From: the human T2T-CHM13v2.0 reference genome, Homo sapiens
Assembly (NCBI RefSeq): GCF_009914755.1
Contig: NC_060926.1
Direction: 5' to 3' (one strand)
Length of the DNA: 64,000 bases
Below the pieces are notes generated by a model that was not told where the DNA came from, ran no database searches, and saw nothing but the letters and a program-made list of their open reading frames with translations. Position numbers and translations under genes: made by a program. Positions 1 through 12,760 of the stretch are shown here, piece by piece. Position 1 is the stretch's first letter. The number at the start of each line of letters is the position of its first letter.

Positions 1-2500
1 TCATCAACCTTATTAAATCTGTAACTCTGCATTATAGTTATTAATTATTTTAGCTTTATCTTTCTGACTTCTTGATTTGGATGACTTGCCATTTATTTTT
101 ATACTCTCTTGATTAGTAATATGAGTATTTAAGTTATGAAATTTACTGAGAAGAGCTTTAGTTATATTCCATAGGTTTTGATATGTAGTATTTTATTGTT
201 AATTTATATTTATTTATCCATTTCAATTTTGACTTACTCTTTGACCCAAGAATTCCTTATGAGACTTTTTTCAAGTTTCCAAGTAGCATAATGTTGTTTT
301 CTTCTGTTTCTTGTTTTGCTATTATTATCTAGCATTGAAATATGTTGCATTAAAAAGGAATGAATTTTGACTTTTTTGGAAATTATAGATGTCTTTTTTG
401 TGGTCCATTTGTGGGTATTCTATTGACATTGAAGATAGCAATATTCTGTGTCCAAGTATAAAATTCAATCAGATCATCTATATCCATATGTATATTTCTT
501 TTTTGGGGGGCCGAAGATGGCAAATTAAAGTCTCCTACTTCTAATGTATATTTAATATTTTTTATTTATGAATTTTGATATTACTATTTTTACATAGGTA
601 TTCATAGCTACTGGATCTTTATTGTGGATTTTACCTTTTATTATTATATGGTGATTCTATTTGTTTCATTTATTGCTTTTCCACTAAATTTAATACTGTC
701 TAATATTAATACTGTGAACATGTTCTCTTTTTGTTTGCAATTATCTGGTAGACCCTCAATATCCCTTAACTTTCAGCTTTGCTTAGATAGGTTCATTATA
801 TAAAACAGTTCTCTATACAGAGCAAGATTTTGCAGTGTGACTTTCAGAGCTCTTTTTCTGTAATGGAGAGTTTCTATTTACATGCATTGCTATAAAAGGT
901 AGGTCTGATTTTATCTTTCTTTTTTGGTAACAGTTTTATTGAGCTGTAATTCTCATATGATATAATTCTCCCATTTTAAGTAAACAATTCAATAGTTTTT
1001 AGTATATTCCAGATATGTACAACCATTGCCACAGTCAATTTTATAACATTTGTTATCACCTCAAAAAGAAAACATGTACCCTTTAGGAAACCTCCCTAGC
1101 CTTCCATGCCCCCCAGCCCTAAGAAATCTACTGCTAACTAATCTACTTTCTGCCTCTACAGATTTTCTGATTTTTAGGAAGAAAGAATTCAGTCTTCCGC
1201 CCTTAAACATGATTTACCTATGGATTTTTTGGGGATCCTGTTTATCAAGATGAGGAAGTTCCCTCTTATTCTTGAGTGTTTTTACCATGAAAGAATGCTG
1301 ACTTTCATCAAATGTTTTTTCTGCATCTATTGAAATTGTAGTTTTTGTTTGTGCTCTATTGGTCACTTAATGGTGCATTACATTAATTGATTTTCAGATG
1401 TTAAACTAAGCTTGCATACCTGGATAAATTCTACCCCATTATGTTAAATAATTATTTTTGTATTTGCTGCATTAGATTTGCTAGAATTTTGCTGAGGATT
1501 AGGGGGGTCCATATAAATAACAGGTATTGGTTTGTAGATTTCTCTTGAAGCCTTGGTTTGGTCAGAGTATTAGAGTTATACTGATATTATACAATGAGTT
1601 GCCAAACTTCCTACTACTGAATTTTAACTTTAGGTATTGTATGCTTTAGGTACAGAATTTCCATTTGATGGTTTTCGAAAAATAATTTCTATCTCTTCAT
1701 TAATTTTCTCTACTTGATTCAACATTATCATCAGATCTTCCTTTACTTCCTTAATTATGGTTTTCTTTAGTTCTTTGATCATATATATGATGGCTACTTG
1801 GAAGTTTTTGTCTCTTAAATCTAACATTTGCTTCTCTCCCAGGCAGTTTCTGTTGCCTATATTTTTCCTAATGTGTGGATCATACTTTCCTGTTTCTTTT
1901 CATATCTTTAAAATTTTCTTTTTGGAAAGTGGACATTTTAGATAATATCTTGTAGCAACTCTGGGTGCTTGTTACTCCTTTCTAGCACCGGTTAAAGTTC
2001 TTTGCTTATTTGTTTGATGACTGGCTGGATTATTTAGTGAGATCTGTTTCCCTTCTTCAATGCTAAACTGCTGAATTTACTCCCTGGGAGACAAAGCCTT
2101 GGGTAGCCTAGTCATCTTGGGATGACAATGGGATTTAGCAGGGCTCTCTTTGACCATCTTTTTTCCTGACCATACCCAGCTATAACTCTACAACTAACTG
2201 GCTGATGGCTCTATTGCTTTCAACAATGTCCTGGGGCATAAATTGCTCTATAGAATAATCCAATCAAACTCAAGTTCCTTTGAAGGGATAGTTTCTGAGG
2301 TCAATATTTGAGATATGTTCTAAGCCCAGAAAAGTTTCTCCCAGCTGTCTCTTTTTTTCTGATTCTGTCCTATAAATTTTCTTGCCTGCAATTTAGCCTA
2401 TATCTGATAATATTCTACCGATTTCTTACCCCAATATTCTTCTGATTTTGTTCACTACAATCTCCACTGTTTTTGAGAGTCCCCTTAAGTTTAAACTTCT
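1..2500 (-). mobile_element. Cluster of old, degraded L1M/L1ME/L1MB fragments, antisense (approximate bounds)
   Basis: T-rich antisense L1-like sequence. 925-1165 resembles an L1MB/L1ME 3' end (ttttattgagctgtaattc...aaccattgccacagtcaatttt). ORF 1630-1827(-) resembles the L1 ORF1 coiled-coil (DKNFQVAIIYMIKELK). Confidence 0.6.
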
Positions 2501-2727
2501 TTGTGTTCTGCAGCACAGCCTCAGGAGCTCTGCAAACTAACAAACTAGCAAAACTGGTGAATATGACTGTTTTAAAACAGCCATTTAAAGTCTCTGGAAA
2601 TGGACCTATATTATAGAACAAATGAAGAAATATATATTCCAAAAAATTTACTAAAATTTAATAATAACAGCGAAAGTCTTTGGTATTTGAACCAGGACTG
2701 CTCCATCTCCCACTCTCACAGCTCAAA

Positions 2728-3035
2728 TAGTAGCAAACTGAATTCAATAGCACATTAAGATTATGCACCATGATTAAATGGGATTTATACCTGGGATTCA
2801 AGGATGGTTCAACATAGCAAGTTAATAAATATGATACACCACATTAAGAAGATGAATGACAAAAGCCATATGATCAGCTCAATTGATACAGAAAAAGCAT
2901 TTGACAAAATTCAACATCCTTTTACAATACAAATTCTCAACAAACTAGGAATAGAAAGAATGTACTTCCATGCAATAAAGGCCATATATTACAAGCCCAC
3001 AGGTAACATAATACGCATTGGGAAAAAGATGTAAA
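2728..3035 (+). mobile_element. L1M/L1MA ORF2 reverse transcriptase fragment
   Basis: ORF 2804-3034 contains [19 protein letters not shown]...[13 protein letters not shown], matching L1 ORF2 [14 protein letters not shown]. Confidence 0.9.
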
Positions 3036-3479
3036 ATTGTCTTTCCAGTAGTCTTAAATACATGTTACACTGTTAACTCTTAGCAACTTTGACTTTTGGT
3101 GAAAAACCTGGTAAGTACATGATTTTACTTATGTACTAGACGTGGAGCCCAGGACACCAGACAGAAGTGCAGATAAAGTCTGACTCTTTCCAGCATAGCT
3201 AGGGCATGGATAACTCTATGTCCCAAGGACTTAACTAGCTGTAGAGCAGGCAACTTGTACAGATAAGAGTCATAGTGGCATTTTATAAAGCATTTAGTAG
3301 ACCTAATAGCTTTTAAATGGTACAACTTTTTTTTCATAAATTCTCTTCATGGGTCTTGTCTCAAAAATTACACAGACCCTCTATGACATGCTTGAATGTT
3401 CTGACTTGTTCTAAATATTCTTCTTTTTAAACAACCAGACATTTTATTTTAGGACAAGAATTTACCATGCAAGATTTTT

Positions 3480-5376
3480 TATTTTTTTTTAATTTTTAAT
3501 TTTTATTTTACTTTACTTTAAGTTCTGGGATACATGTGCAGGTTTGTTACATAGGTATGCATGTGTCATGATGGTTTGCTGCATCTATCAACCCATCATC
3601 TGGGTTTTAAGCCCCACATGCATTAGGTATTTGTCTTAATAATGCTCTCCCTCCCCTTGACCCTATCCCCTGACAGGCCACGGTGTGTGTTGTTCTCCCT
3701 GTGTCCATGTGTTCTCATTGTTCAGCTCCTACTTATCAGTGAGAAAATGCAGTATTTGGTTTTCTGTTCCTGTGATAGTTTGCTGAAGATGATGGCTTCC
3801 AGCTTCATCTATGTCCCTGCAAAGGACAGGATCTCATTCCGTTTTACAGCTGCATAGTATTCCATGGTGTATATATACCATATTTTCTTTATCCAGTCTG
3901 TCATGGATGGTCATTTGGGTTGGTTTCACATCTTTGCTATTGTAAATATTGCTGCAATAAACATACATGTGCATGTGTCTTTATAGTACAATGATTTATA
4001 TTCCTTTGGGTGTATAACTAATAATAGGGTTGCAGGATCAAATGATATTTCTGGTTCCAGATCCTTGAGGAAGCACCACACTGTCTTCCACAATGGTTGA
4101 ACTAATTTACATTCCCACCAACAATGTAAAAGCATTCCTGTTTCTCCAGACTCACCAGCATCTATTGTTTCTTAACTTTTTAATAATCACCATTCTGACT
4201 GGCGTGAGATGGTATCTCATTGTGGTTTTGATTTGCATTTCTCTAACGATCAGTGATGTTGAGATTTTTTTTATCTGTTTGTTGGCTGCCTAAATGTCTT
4301 CTTTTGAGAAGTGTCTGTTCATATCCTTTGGTCACTTTTTAGTGGGGTTTTTTTTTTTTTTTGTAAATTTGTTTAAGTTCCTTGTAGATTCTGGATATTA
4401 GAGCTTTGTCAGATGGATAGATTGCAAAACTTTCCCCCATTCTGTAGGTTGCCTGTTCACTCTGATGATAGTTTCTTTTGCTGTGCAGAAGCTCTTTAGT
4501 TTAATTAGATCCCATTTGTCAATCGTAGCTTTTGTTGCAATTGCTTTTGGTGTTTTTGTCATGAAATCTTTGCCTGTACCTATGTCCTGAATGGTAATGC
4601 CTAGATTTTCTTCTAGGGTTTTTATGGTTTTAGGTTTTACATTTAAGTCTTTAATACATTTTGAGTTAATTTTTGTATAGTGTGTAAGGAAGGGATCCAG
4701 TTTCAGTTTTCTGCATATGGCTAGCCAGTTTTCCCAACATCATTTATTAAATAGGGAATCCTTTCCCCATTTCTTGTTTTTGCCAGGTTTGTTGAAGATC
4801 AGATGGCTGTAGATGTGCCATGTTATTTCTAAGGCCTCTTTTCTGTTCCATTGGTCTATATTTATGTTTTGGTACCAGTACCATGCTGTTGTTGTTACTG
4901 TAGCCTTGTAGCATAGTGTGACGTCAGGAAGAGTGATGCCTCCAGCTTTGTTATTTTTGCTTAGGATTGTCTTGGGCATATGGGCTCTGTTTTGGTTCCA
5001 TATGAAATTTAAAGTAGTTTTTAAAAATTATTTGAAGAATATCAATGGCAGTTTGATGGGACTCATGATTTGGGTCTTTGCTTGTCTATTGCTGGTGTAT
5101 AGGAATGCTTGTGATTTTTGCATTTCAATTTTGCAACCTGAGACTTTGCTGAAGTTGCTTATCAGCTTAAGGAGTTTTTGGGTTGAGACAATGGGATTTT
5201 CTAAATATACAGTCATGTCATCTGCAAATAGAGACAACTTGACTTCCTCTCTTCCTATTCGAATACCCTTTATTTCTTTCTCTTGCCTGATTTCCCTGGC
5301 TGGTACTTCCAGTACTATGTTGAATAGGAGTGGTGAGAGAGGGCATCCTCTTCTTGTGCTGGTTTTCAAGTGGAAT
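3480..5376 (-). mobile_element. 5'-truncated L1PA8-like LINE-1 with an internal deletion
   Basis: Poly-T tail at ~3475-3520 and an L1PA 3'UTR (ttaagttctgggatacatgtgcag). ORF2 remnants: [14 protein letters not shown]...LFADDM (5028-5369), [17 protein letters not shown] (4740-4979), [15 protein letters not shown] (3926-4135). Confidence 0.93.
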
Positions 5377-6965
5377 CTCTTTTCTTTATAACCTTCTTTA
5401 CCAAAAATTCCTCTTTACTTTTATAAGCTTTGAATTAGATGAAAGTCATCTTCCTTCTATTAAAGAGTTAAGGATTTAACTGCATGTTTCTGTGCATGTC
5501 CTGTGAAGGGGGAGCAGATAAGGAGGTTATCTACATACTGTAGAAGTTATCCCCCTTCAAGAGATTGCTCAGTTAGATTTTTGCTAGGGCTTGCCCAAAT
5601 AAGTTTGGGCTACTTCTAAACCCCTGAGGTAGTATTGTCCAGGTAGTATGGGAGTTATTGGCTAAGAATTTAGGTAGCTTTCCTTGTAGAAATAGGGCTA
5701 TTAGAAAGATGAATTCAGAGGTCAGGTAAATATTAAGTGAGCACTGATCTTGGAACACACAGTCTTGCCCCAAAGAGGTGTGGGGTATTTAGACATTACC
5801 AGGGACTGGTGGGAGAATGATAATTGGTCCCTTAAGCAAAATAAAGAGGTGTGAATCTTTTGTTTTGGAGGGAGAGGATGTCATTTTCCCCAATTACCCA
5901 ACAGGCTTAGCCTTGACCTCCTTATTCTGCTCTCAGTTATAAAAGACTGAGGAGGCTAATCTGAGGACCTCCTGCACAAAGACACTGGGTTCCAAGGCTG
6001 GCTTTTGTAATTTCCTCCCAGTTCATTTTTAAGCCAAGCAATATTACAAAGGAAATCTAGTTTTTTTGTTTTAAGGTTTGGGGGAATTAAACTGCAGTTT
6101 TGGGGGATGGATTTGAGCAGCATGTTTTGTGGGATGGAGATACAATTACCAATCTGTGAAGAAAAAAACAGAGGAAGAAGAAAAGGAAAAAGAAAAAAGA
6201 AGGTGTCCCTCCCCTTTTTTTTTTTTTAATTATCCTGAATGGGTTATCTCCCATCGTCCTTGAGTTCTGGAATGAACCGGCTTTACTGTGTACCCTTGGT
6301 CCCATCTCATCACAATTACTTGACAACAGAGGAGATCTGGAGTGAAGATTTGGTTCCCTCTTCATCCTTGAGGTTCCTAAATAACTGGTCTTACTGGTTA
6401 CCCCGCCTAATCTTTCATCTGTGTTCCAATGGTAATCCATTAGGCTGAGACCACCCTTCATTTCTGTTCTGTGAGTCTCTTGCATGTGCAGCCTTGGGCC
6501 TGACTAGAGCCTTATCTCCTTGGCCTTATAGTGACTCTCACTCACAGCATTTTGGTAATAAGATGATTATCTCTTTTCTTAGATTTCCATTTCCTATGTT
6601 CTTGTAAGTAGATGAGAAGCCAGTTTTTTAAAGCTAACTGCCAAAAGGAGGCTGTACTTCCCTCTCCACTCCCTTGGGATATGACCTTGAAGGTTGTGAT
6701 GCATGATAAGGGTGTGTAAGAGATTAAGAGAAGTGGAGTCTACAGGAGGAAGTGAGAGAAAGTAAGAGCAATACTCATGGGAAGTGTTCACATGCTCGTG
6801 AAAACAGCAGCCCTTGGATTCAAGAGGGAAACATTTATTTGCCCTCTGGACATAAAGTAGTAATGTCTGGAGGACTTGAGGTGTGGGATAAGAACTCGAA
6901 AATGGCAAAGGAAGAATTTCCCCTCTTCCCAAAGGGGTGCTTACTTGAAAAAAAAAAAAAAAAAA

Positions 6966-7251
6966 GGCCAGGCACAGTGGCTCACGCCTATAATCCCAGC
7001 ACTTTGGGAGGCTGAGGTGGGCAGATCATGAGGTCAGGAGATCAAGACCATCCTGGCTAACACAGTAAAACCCCTTCTCTACTAAAAATACAAAAAAAAT
7101 TAGCCTGGCATGGTGGCATGCACCTGTATTCCCAGCTACTCAGGAGGCTGAGGCAGGAGAATGGCATCAACCCAGGAGGTGGAGTTTGCAGTGAGCTGAG
7201 ATTGCACCACTGCACTCCAGCCTAGGTGACAGAGTGAGACTCCGTCTCAAA

Positions 7252-7274
<23 letters not shown>
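6966..7274 (+). mobile_element. Full-length Alu (AluY/AluSc8-like, CpG-decayed)
   Basis: ggccaggcacagtggctcacgcc start, A-rich linker, right arm and poly(A). Carries gatcatgaggtcaggagatc..ccatcctggctaacac and gaatggc diagnostics. Confidence 0.95.
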
Positions 7275-7282
<8 letters not shown>

Positions 7283-8107
7283 GAAAATAGGTGGACTCCT
7301 TATAGGACCAGAGTCCTTTAAGGATTTAAGTCCAGTATGCACGCTGACAATCTGCTTTGAAAGCCACCAAAAAACTCAGTCCTGGGGCATAACAGGAACA
7401 AAAAGCATATACTAAGTCATAAGGAACTGGCAAAGGCAGAGTTCCAATTAGTATCTGTCCCAGCCATATGCCAATGGGCAGGAGAAGGGCTGGAGGTTAT
7501 TTGAGCTGCTAGGGTAAAAACAAGTATCAATTTCAGGGGATATCTACAAGAGAGCCCATGTCTCTGCTGCTGCATATATGCAGAGAGCCGTGGGCACAAG
7601 AATAACAAGGAGTATTTGTTGAAGAAGTCACATGGCATGCAAAGTGAAAGCAAAGACAGAGACTTGCCCCTGGAAATGGATGATCTGGCAGGTACGCAAG
7701 GCCATCTCAGAATACACACATTGAAAAGAGGAGAATGGGAGGTGCAGGTCTTTGGGAAAGAGCTGATTTTAGTTGAAAAAGCAGAGGAAACCCAAAACAT
7801 TGCATGGTTTTAGGCCTTAGTCCTACCACTTGAGCCTCCTGTCCAGGAGGGTCATTTTAGTACCTTAGATCTATTTGGTGCAGAACCTAATTTCCTTCCC
7901 ACCCCTGTGAGCCACCCATCAGAACGAGCTGAGAAACCCACCAGGAGGTGGGCAGAGTCACTTACGGTCAAGAAGAATTGTTCTGGAGGTTGGTTAGTAA
8001 AGAGGAGAGAGAAAGGGGAGAAGAAAACTGCATACAGGGGCTGAATGCCTCTAGCTGAAGAAGGTGAGGTGTAGAGATCTCTTACCACTAGGAAAGTGGT
8101 GGAAGTT

Positions 8108-8127
8108 ATCCATGTCACCCGGCACCA
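8108..8127 (-). other. Degenerate primer-binding site resembling tRNA-His PBS
   Basis: Minus strand reads TGGTGCCGGGTGACATGGAT, a few nt past the LTR end. The tRNA-His PBS is TGGTGCCGTGACTCGGAT. Confidence 0.6.
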
Positions 8128-8132
8128 AAATA

Positions 8133-8817
8133 TGTTACTGGTGGTGAATTCCTTTGGAACTGCAGCAACCTCAATTCTTGTTCCTCAGAAGAAACAATTT
8201 GACTGAGGGGCATAAGGCAGAAAAAGAGACCAAGGCAAGTTTCAGAGCAGGAGTGAAGTTTATTAAAAAGCTTTAGAGCAGGAACAAAAGGAAGGAAACA
8301 AAAGTACACTTGGAAGAGGCCCAAGTGGGCATCTTGGAGGTCAAGTGCCCAGTGTGACCTTGAACCTAGGATTTTATATGCTACTGCCCTCTGGTGTTTT
8401 GCACCCCTTTTCCCTTGATTCCTCCCTTAGGGTGAGCTGCCTGCATGCATGATGGCCTGCTAGTACTTGGGAGGTGAGCATGCACAGTGGGTTTACTGGA
8501 GTTGTACACATGCTCACCTGAGGCTTTCTTCCCTTTTATGGTGGAATGCCCCCAGAAGAAGGTCATACTCTGCTGTTTTGCCTCTAAATGCACGTGCTTG
8601 AGCCTACCCACCCAATTCCTGAAAGCTGTTAATTACCAATTTCAGATGCTTCTGATGTACTGGAAAATGGTCTCTCCCTAGCATTGCTGTGACCAAATAT
8701 TATTTTAGACAGGCAGTGTGACAACTGCATGACCATGACCTGATAATTGCCTGACATACCTGGTGGGTGGGGGGAGCCCTCTTCTGTCCTGCTTATGCCT
8801 AACTACCTACTGTAACA
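8133..8817 (-). mobile_element. MER50 LTR (ERV1), 5' LTR of the truncated provirus
   Basis: TG...CA termini. Minus strand begins tgttacagtaggtagttaggca and contains AATAAA and ttctgaggaacaagaattgaggttgctgcag, matching my recall of MER50. Confidence 0.85.
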
Positions 8818-9569
8818 GAAATTAAATTATCTGCTCTTGAATGATTTTGGGATTAACAATGAAATCAAGATGGAAATTTAAAAAAATTTTAAATCAATGA
8901 TAATAGTGACACAACTTATCTAAACCTCTGGGATAAGCAAAAGTGGTGCCAAGAGAAAAGTTCATATTTAATGCCTACATCAAAAAGTCTGGAAGAGTGT
9001 GAATAGACAACCTAATGTCATACCTCAAGGAATAGAGAAGAACTAAACCCAAACCCAGCAGAAGAAGAGAAATAGCAAAGATCAGAGCAGAACTAAATGA
9101 AATTAAAACAAACAAAAAATACAAACGATGAATGAAACAAAAAGCTGGTTCTTTGAAAAGATAAACAAAATTGACAGAACATTAGTGAGATTAACCAAGA
9201 AAAGAAGAGAGAAGATCCAAATAAGCTCAATTAGAAATAAAACTGGAGATATTAAAACAGATATCACAGAAATACAAAGGACTATTCAAGGCTACTATGA
9301 ACACCTTTACATGCACAGACTAGAAAATTTAGAGAAGATGGATATATTTCTGGAAATATACAACCCTCCTAGATTAAATCAGGAAGAAATAGAAACCTCA
9401 GATAGTCTAATGACAAGCAATGAGATTGAATCAGTAACTTATAAAACTGCCAACCAAAAAAAGTCTAGGACCATATGGATTCACATCTGAATTCTATCAG
9501 ACATTCAAAGAAGAATTGATACCAATTTTGCTGAAACTATTCCAATGATAGAGAAAGAGGGAATCCTCC

Positions 9570-9999
9570 TGTATTAGGGTTCTTTAGAGGGACAGAACTA
9601 ATATGATATGTGTGTGTATATATATGAGTTTATTAAGGAATATTAACTCACATAATCACAAGGTCACACAATAGGCCATCTGCAAGCTGAGGAGCGAGGA
9701 GGACAAAGCAGAAGAACTTGAAGTTTGATGTTCAAGGGCAGGAAGCATCCAGCATGGGAGAAAGATGTAGCCTGGGAGGTTAAGCCAGCCTAGTCTTTTC
9801 ACATGCTTCTGCCTGCTTTTTATTCTGGCCTTGCTGACAGATGATTAGATTGTGTCCACCCAGATTGAGTGAGTCTGCTTTTCCCAGTCAACTGACTCAA
9901 ATGTTAATCTCCTTCGGCAGCACCCTCAGAGAAACACCCAGGATCAATACTTTGCATCCTTCAATCCAATCAAGTTGACACTCAGTATTAACCACCACA
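9570..9999 (-). mobile_element. MLT2A (HERV-L) 3' LTR
   Basis: tgtattagggttc...caagttgacactcagtattaaccaccaca. Preceded on the minus strand by the purine tract aggggtgga. Confidence 0.9.
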
Positions 10000-10456
10000 A
10001 ATCCACCCCTTGTCAACTTGAACCCATACACATCTCCTGAGATCATACATAATATTAGAATAAAGACAATGATAAGGTCATAATTATGCCAAACACAATA
10101 CAACTATCCTTCATACAACTGGAAATACACCAATCCCCAACCTAAATGTTATTACGTAAAGTTAACACTTAAATGCTGACATGAAGTCAATAAATCTTCT
10201 GTCATATGATAAAGGAAAAAAGAAAATAAAATGAAGATATTTTCTTAGTACAAGTGTATACGTGCACAAACATAGTTTTTAAAAAAAGAAGTAGGAAATA
10301 CTCATGACAATTATAGTCCTCGTTTCTGCAACTGGTCACATGGTCATAGCTGGCATTAATGACTACCTTCTTCTGCCACCCATTCTGTATTCCCTTTGCC
10401 TTCAGCAAGCACCTCAGCAGGTCATGTTTTTTTTCCTGGTGGAGTGACCCAAACCT

Positions 10457-10957
10457 TTATTCCTGAAAGGTCTGTGCCATTCGTAGTCCTGCCTGGATTG
10501 GGCTTTTTAGTTTCCCATTGACCTTAATCACAGGGCATGGTAATGCTAAGAGATGCCCTAATGGATCTCCTGTATTCCATGTATATTCTTCTTTAGCTCT
10601 GTTGTGGAGTAGTAGACTGATTTTATCTTGATAGTCTGGGTCAATCACCCCAGCCAACACTGTAACACCTTCTTAGTGTGTTGGCTTAAAGGTAGGAAGA
10701 GCCCACCCAAAGTGTCCAGGTGGCAACCTTAATTTACAGTTTAATGGAAACGTTGTGTCCCCTGGTGGCAGTGTTCCTCCCTCTGGAACTAAAACCTCTA
10801 GGCCAGCAGAACATAGTGTCACAGGAACAGGAGGCAAAAATTTTGCTAGTCGGTCACTAGGGGTGATGGTGAGTGTTGCCACTTCCACTTCCACACCTTG
10901 ATTCCTGGACCCATGAATCCTGGCTATGGGAGAAACAGTTCCATATACTGGATGCAA
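10457..10957 (-). pseudogene. HERV-L dUTPase remnant, frameshifted
   Basis: Split ORFs give VLVPEGGTLPPGDT..PLNCKLRLPPGHFG and AGVIDPDYQDKISLLLHN (dUTPase GVIDxDY motif), located downstream of integrase as in ERV-L. Confidence 0.85.
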
Positions 10958-10959
10958 TT

Positions 10960-12760
10960 TGGAGCATGCTCAGCCTTCTGGAGAACGTTGCCCCAGCCCT
11001 GCAAAGTATTGTCACCTAGTTGGCATTGTAGTTGTGACTTCAAAAGGCCATTTCACCATTCTACCAATCCAGCTGCTTTAGGATGATGGAGAACACGGTA
11101 AGATCAGTGAATTTCATGAGCATGAGCCCACTGCCACACTTCTTTAGCCATAAAGTGTGTGCCTTGGTCAGAGGCAATGCTGTGTGGAATACCATGATGG
11201 GGGATAAGGCATTCTGTGAGTCCACGGATGGTAGTCTTGGCAGAAGCACTGCGTGCAGAATAGGCAAACTCATATCCAGAATAAGTGTCCATTCCGGTGA
11301 GGACAAACCTCTGCCCCTTCCATGATGGAAGAGGTCCAATATAATCCACCTGCCACCACGTAGCTGGCTGATCACCCTGAGGAATGGTGCCATATCAAGG
11401 GCTCAGTGTTGGTCTCTACTGCTGGCAAACTGGGCACTCAGCAATGGCCATAGCCAGGTCAGCCTTGGTGAGTGGAAGCCCATGTTGCTGAGCCCATGTA
11501 TAACCTCCATCCCTCCACCATGGCCACTTTGGTCATGGGCCCATTGGGCGATGACAGGGTTGGCTGGGTAAAGAGGCTGAGTGGTGCCCACAGAATGGGT
11601 CATCCTATTCACTTGATTATTAAAATCCTCCTCTGCTGAGGTCACCTGTTGCTGAGCACTCACACAGGATACAAATATCTTCACAGATTTTGACGACTCA
11701 GAGAGGTCTATCCACATACCTCTTCCCCAGCTTTTTCACCAATTTTCCAATCATGCTTCTTCCAAGTCCCTGACCATCCAGCCAAACCATTGGCTACAGC
11801 CCATGAATCAGTATATAATTGCACATCTGTCCATTTCCTCTTTCCAGGCAAAGTACACAACCAGGTCCACTGCTCAAAGTTCTGCCCACTGGGAAAATTT
11901 CCCTTCCCCACTGTCCTTCAGGGATGTCCTGGAAAGGGGCTGTAGTGATGCAGCTGTCCACTTCTAGGTGGTGCCTGCATACCATGCAGAACCATCTGTG
12001 AACCAGGCCCCAGTCTTCTATTCCTCTGTCAATTCATCATAGGGAACTCTCCATGAAGCCATTGGTGCAGGCTAGGGGAGAGAAGGCAGGGTGGCAGGAG
12101 TAGAGACCATGGGCATTTGAGCCACTTCCTCATGTAATTTACTTGTGCCTTCAGGACCTGCTCGAACCTGATCACATATGTACCACTTCCTTTTCACGAT
12201 GGAATGCTGCTGTGCATGATCCACTTTATGGCTAGATGAGTCAGAAAGCACCCAGTTCATGATAGGCAGTTCAGGTTGCCTGGTGACTTGATGACCCATA
12301 TTCAAACATTCAGTTTCCACCAAAGCCCAGTAACAGGCCAGGAGCTGTCTCTCAAAAGGAGAGTAGTTATCTGCAGAAGATGGCAGATAGTTGCTCCAAA
12401 ATCCTAGAGGACTCTGCTGTGATTTACGTGTGGGGGGCTGCCACAGGCTCCAACCAGCATCCCTATCTGCCACTGACACCTTAAGTACCATTGGATCTGC
12501 TGGATCATATGGCCCAAGTGGCAGAGCAGCTTGCACAGCAGCCTAGACCTGTTGCAGAGTCTACTCCTGTTCTGGACCCTACTAAAAACTGGCAGCCTTT
12601 AGGGTCACTTGATTAATAGGCTAGGGTAACACATTCAAATGAGGAATGTGTTGCCTCCAAAATCCAAATAGGCCCACTAGGCCTTGTGCTTCTTTCTTGG
12701 TTGTAGGAGGAGCCAAATGCTGCAACTTATCCTTTACCTTAAAAGGAATATCTCGACAGG
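10960..12760 (-). pseudogene. HERV-L pol remnant (RT thumb/connection, RNase H, integrase), disrupted
   Basis: DYIGPLPSWKGQRFVLTGMDTYSGY...HSIASDQGTHF (integrase). LYTDSWAVANGLAGWSGTWK (RNase H). ADNYSPFERQLLACYWALVETE (connection domain). Confidence 0.88.

Larger units (their letters stand above)
3036..8132 (-). mobile_element. ERV1 (MER50-type) internal region, degraded; interrupted by an L1PA and an Alu; no 3' LTR present
   Basis: Adjacent to the MER50 LTR through a PBS-like motif. RT remnant TWTILPQGFRSSPNLFGQALA in ORF 5573-5773(-) matches the gammaretroviral LPQG motif. Confidence 0.75.
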
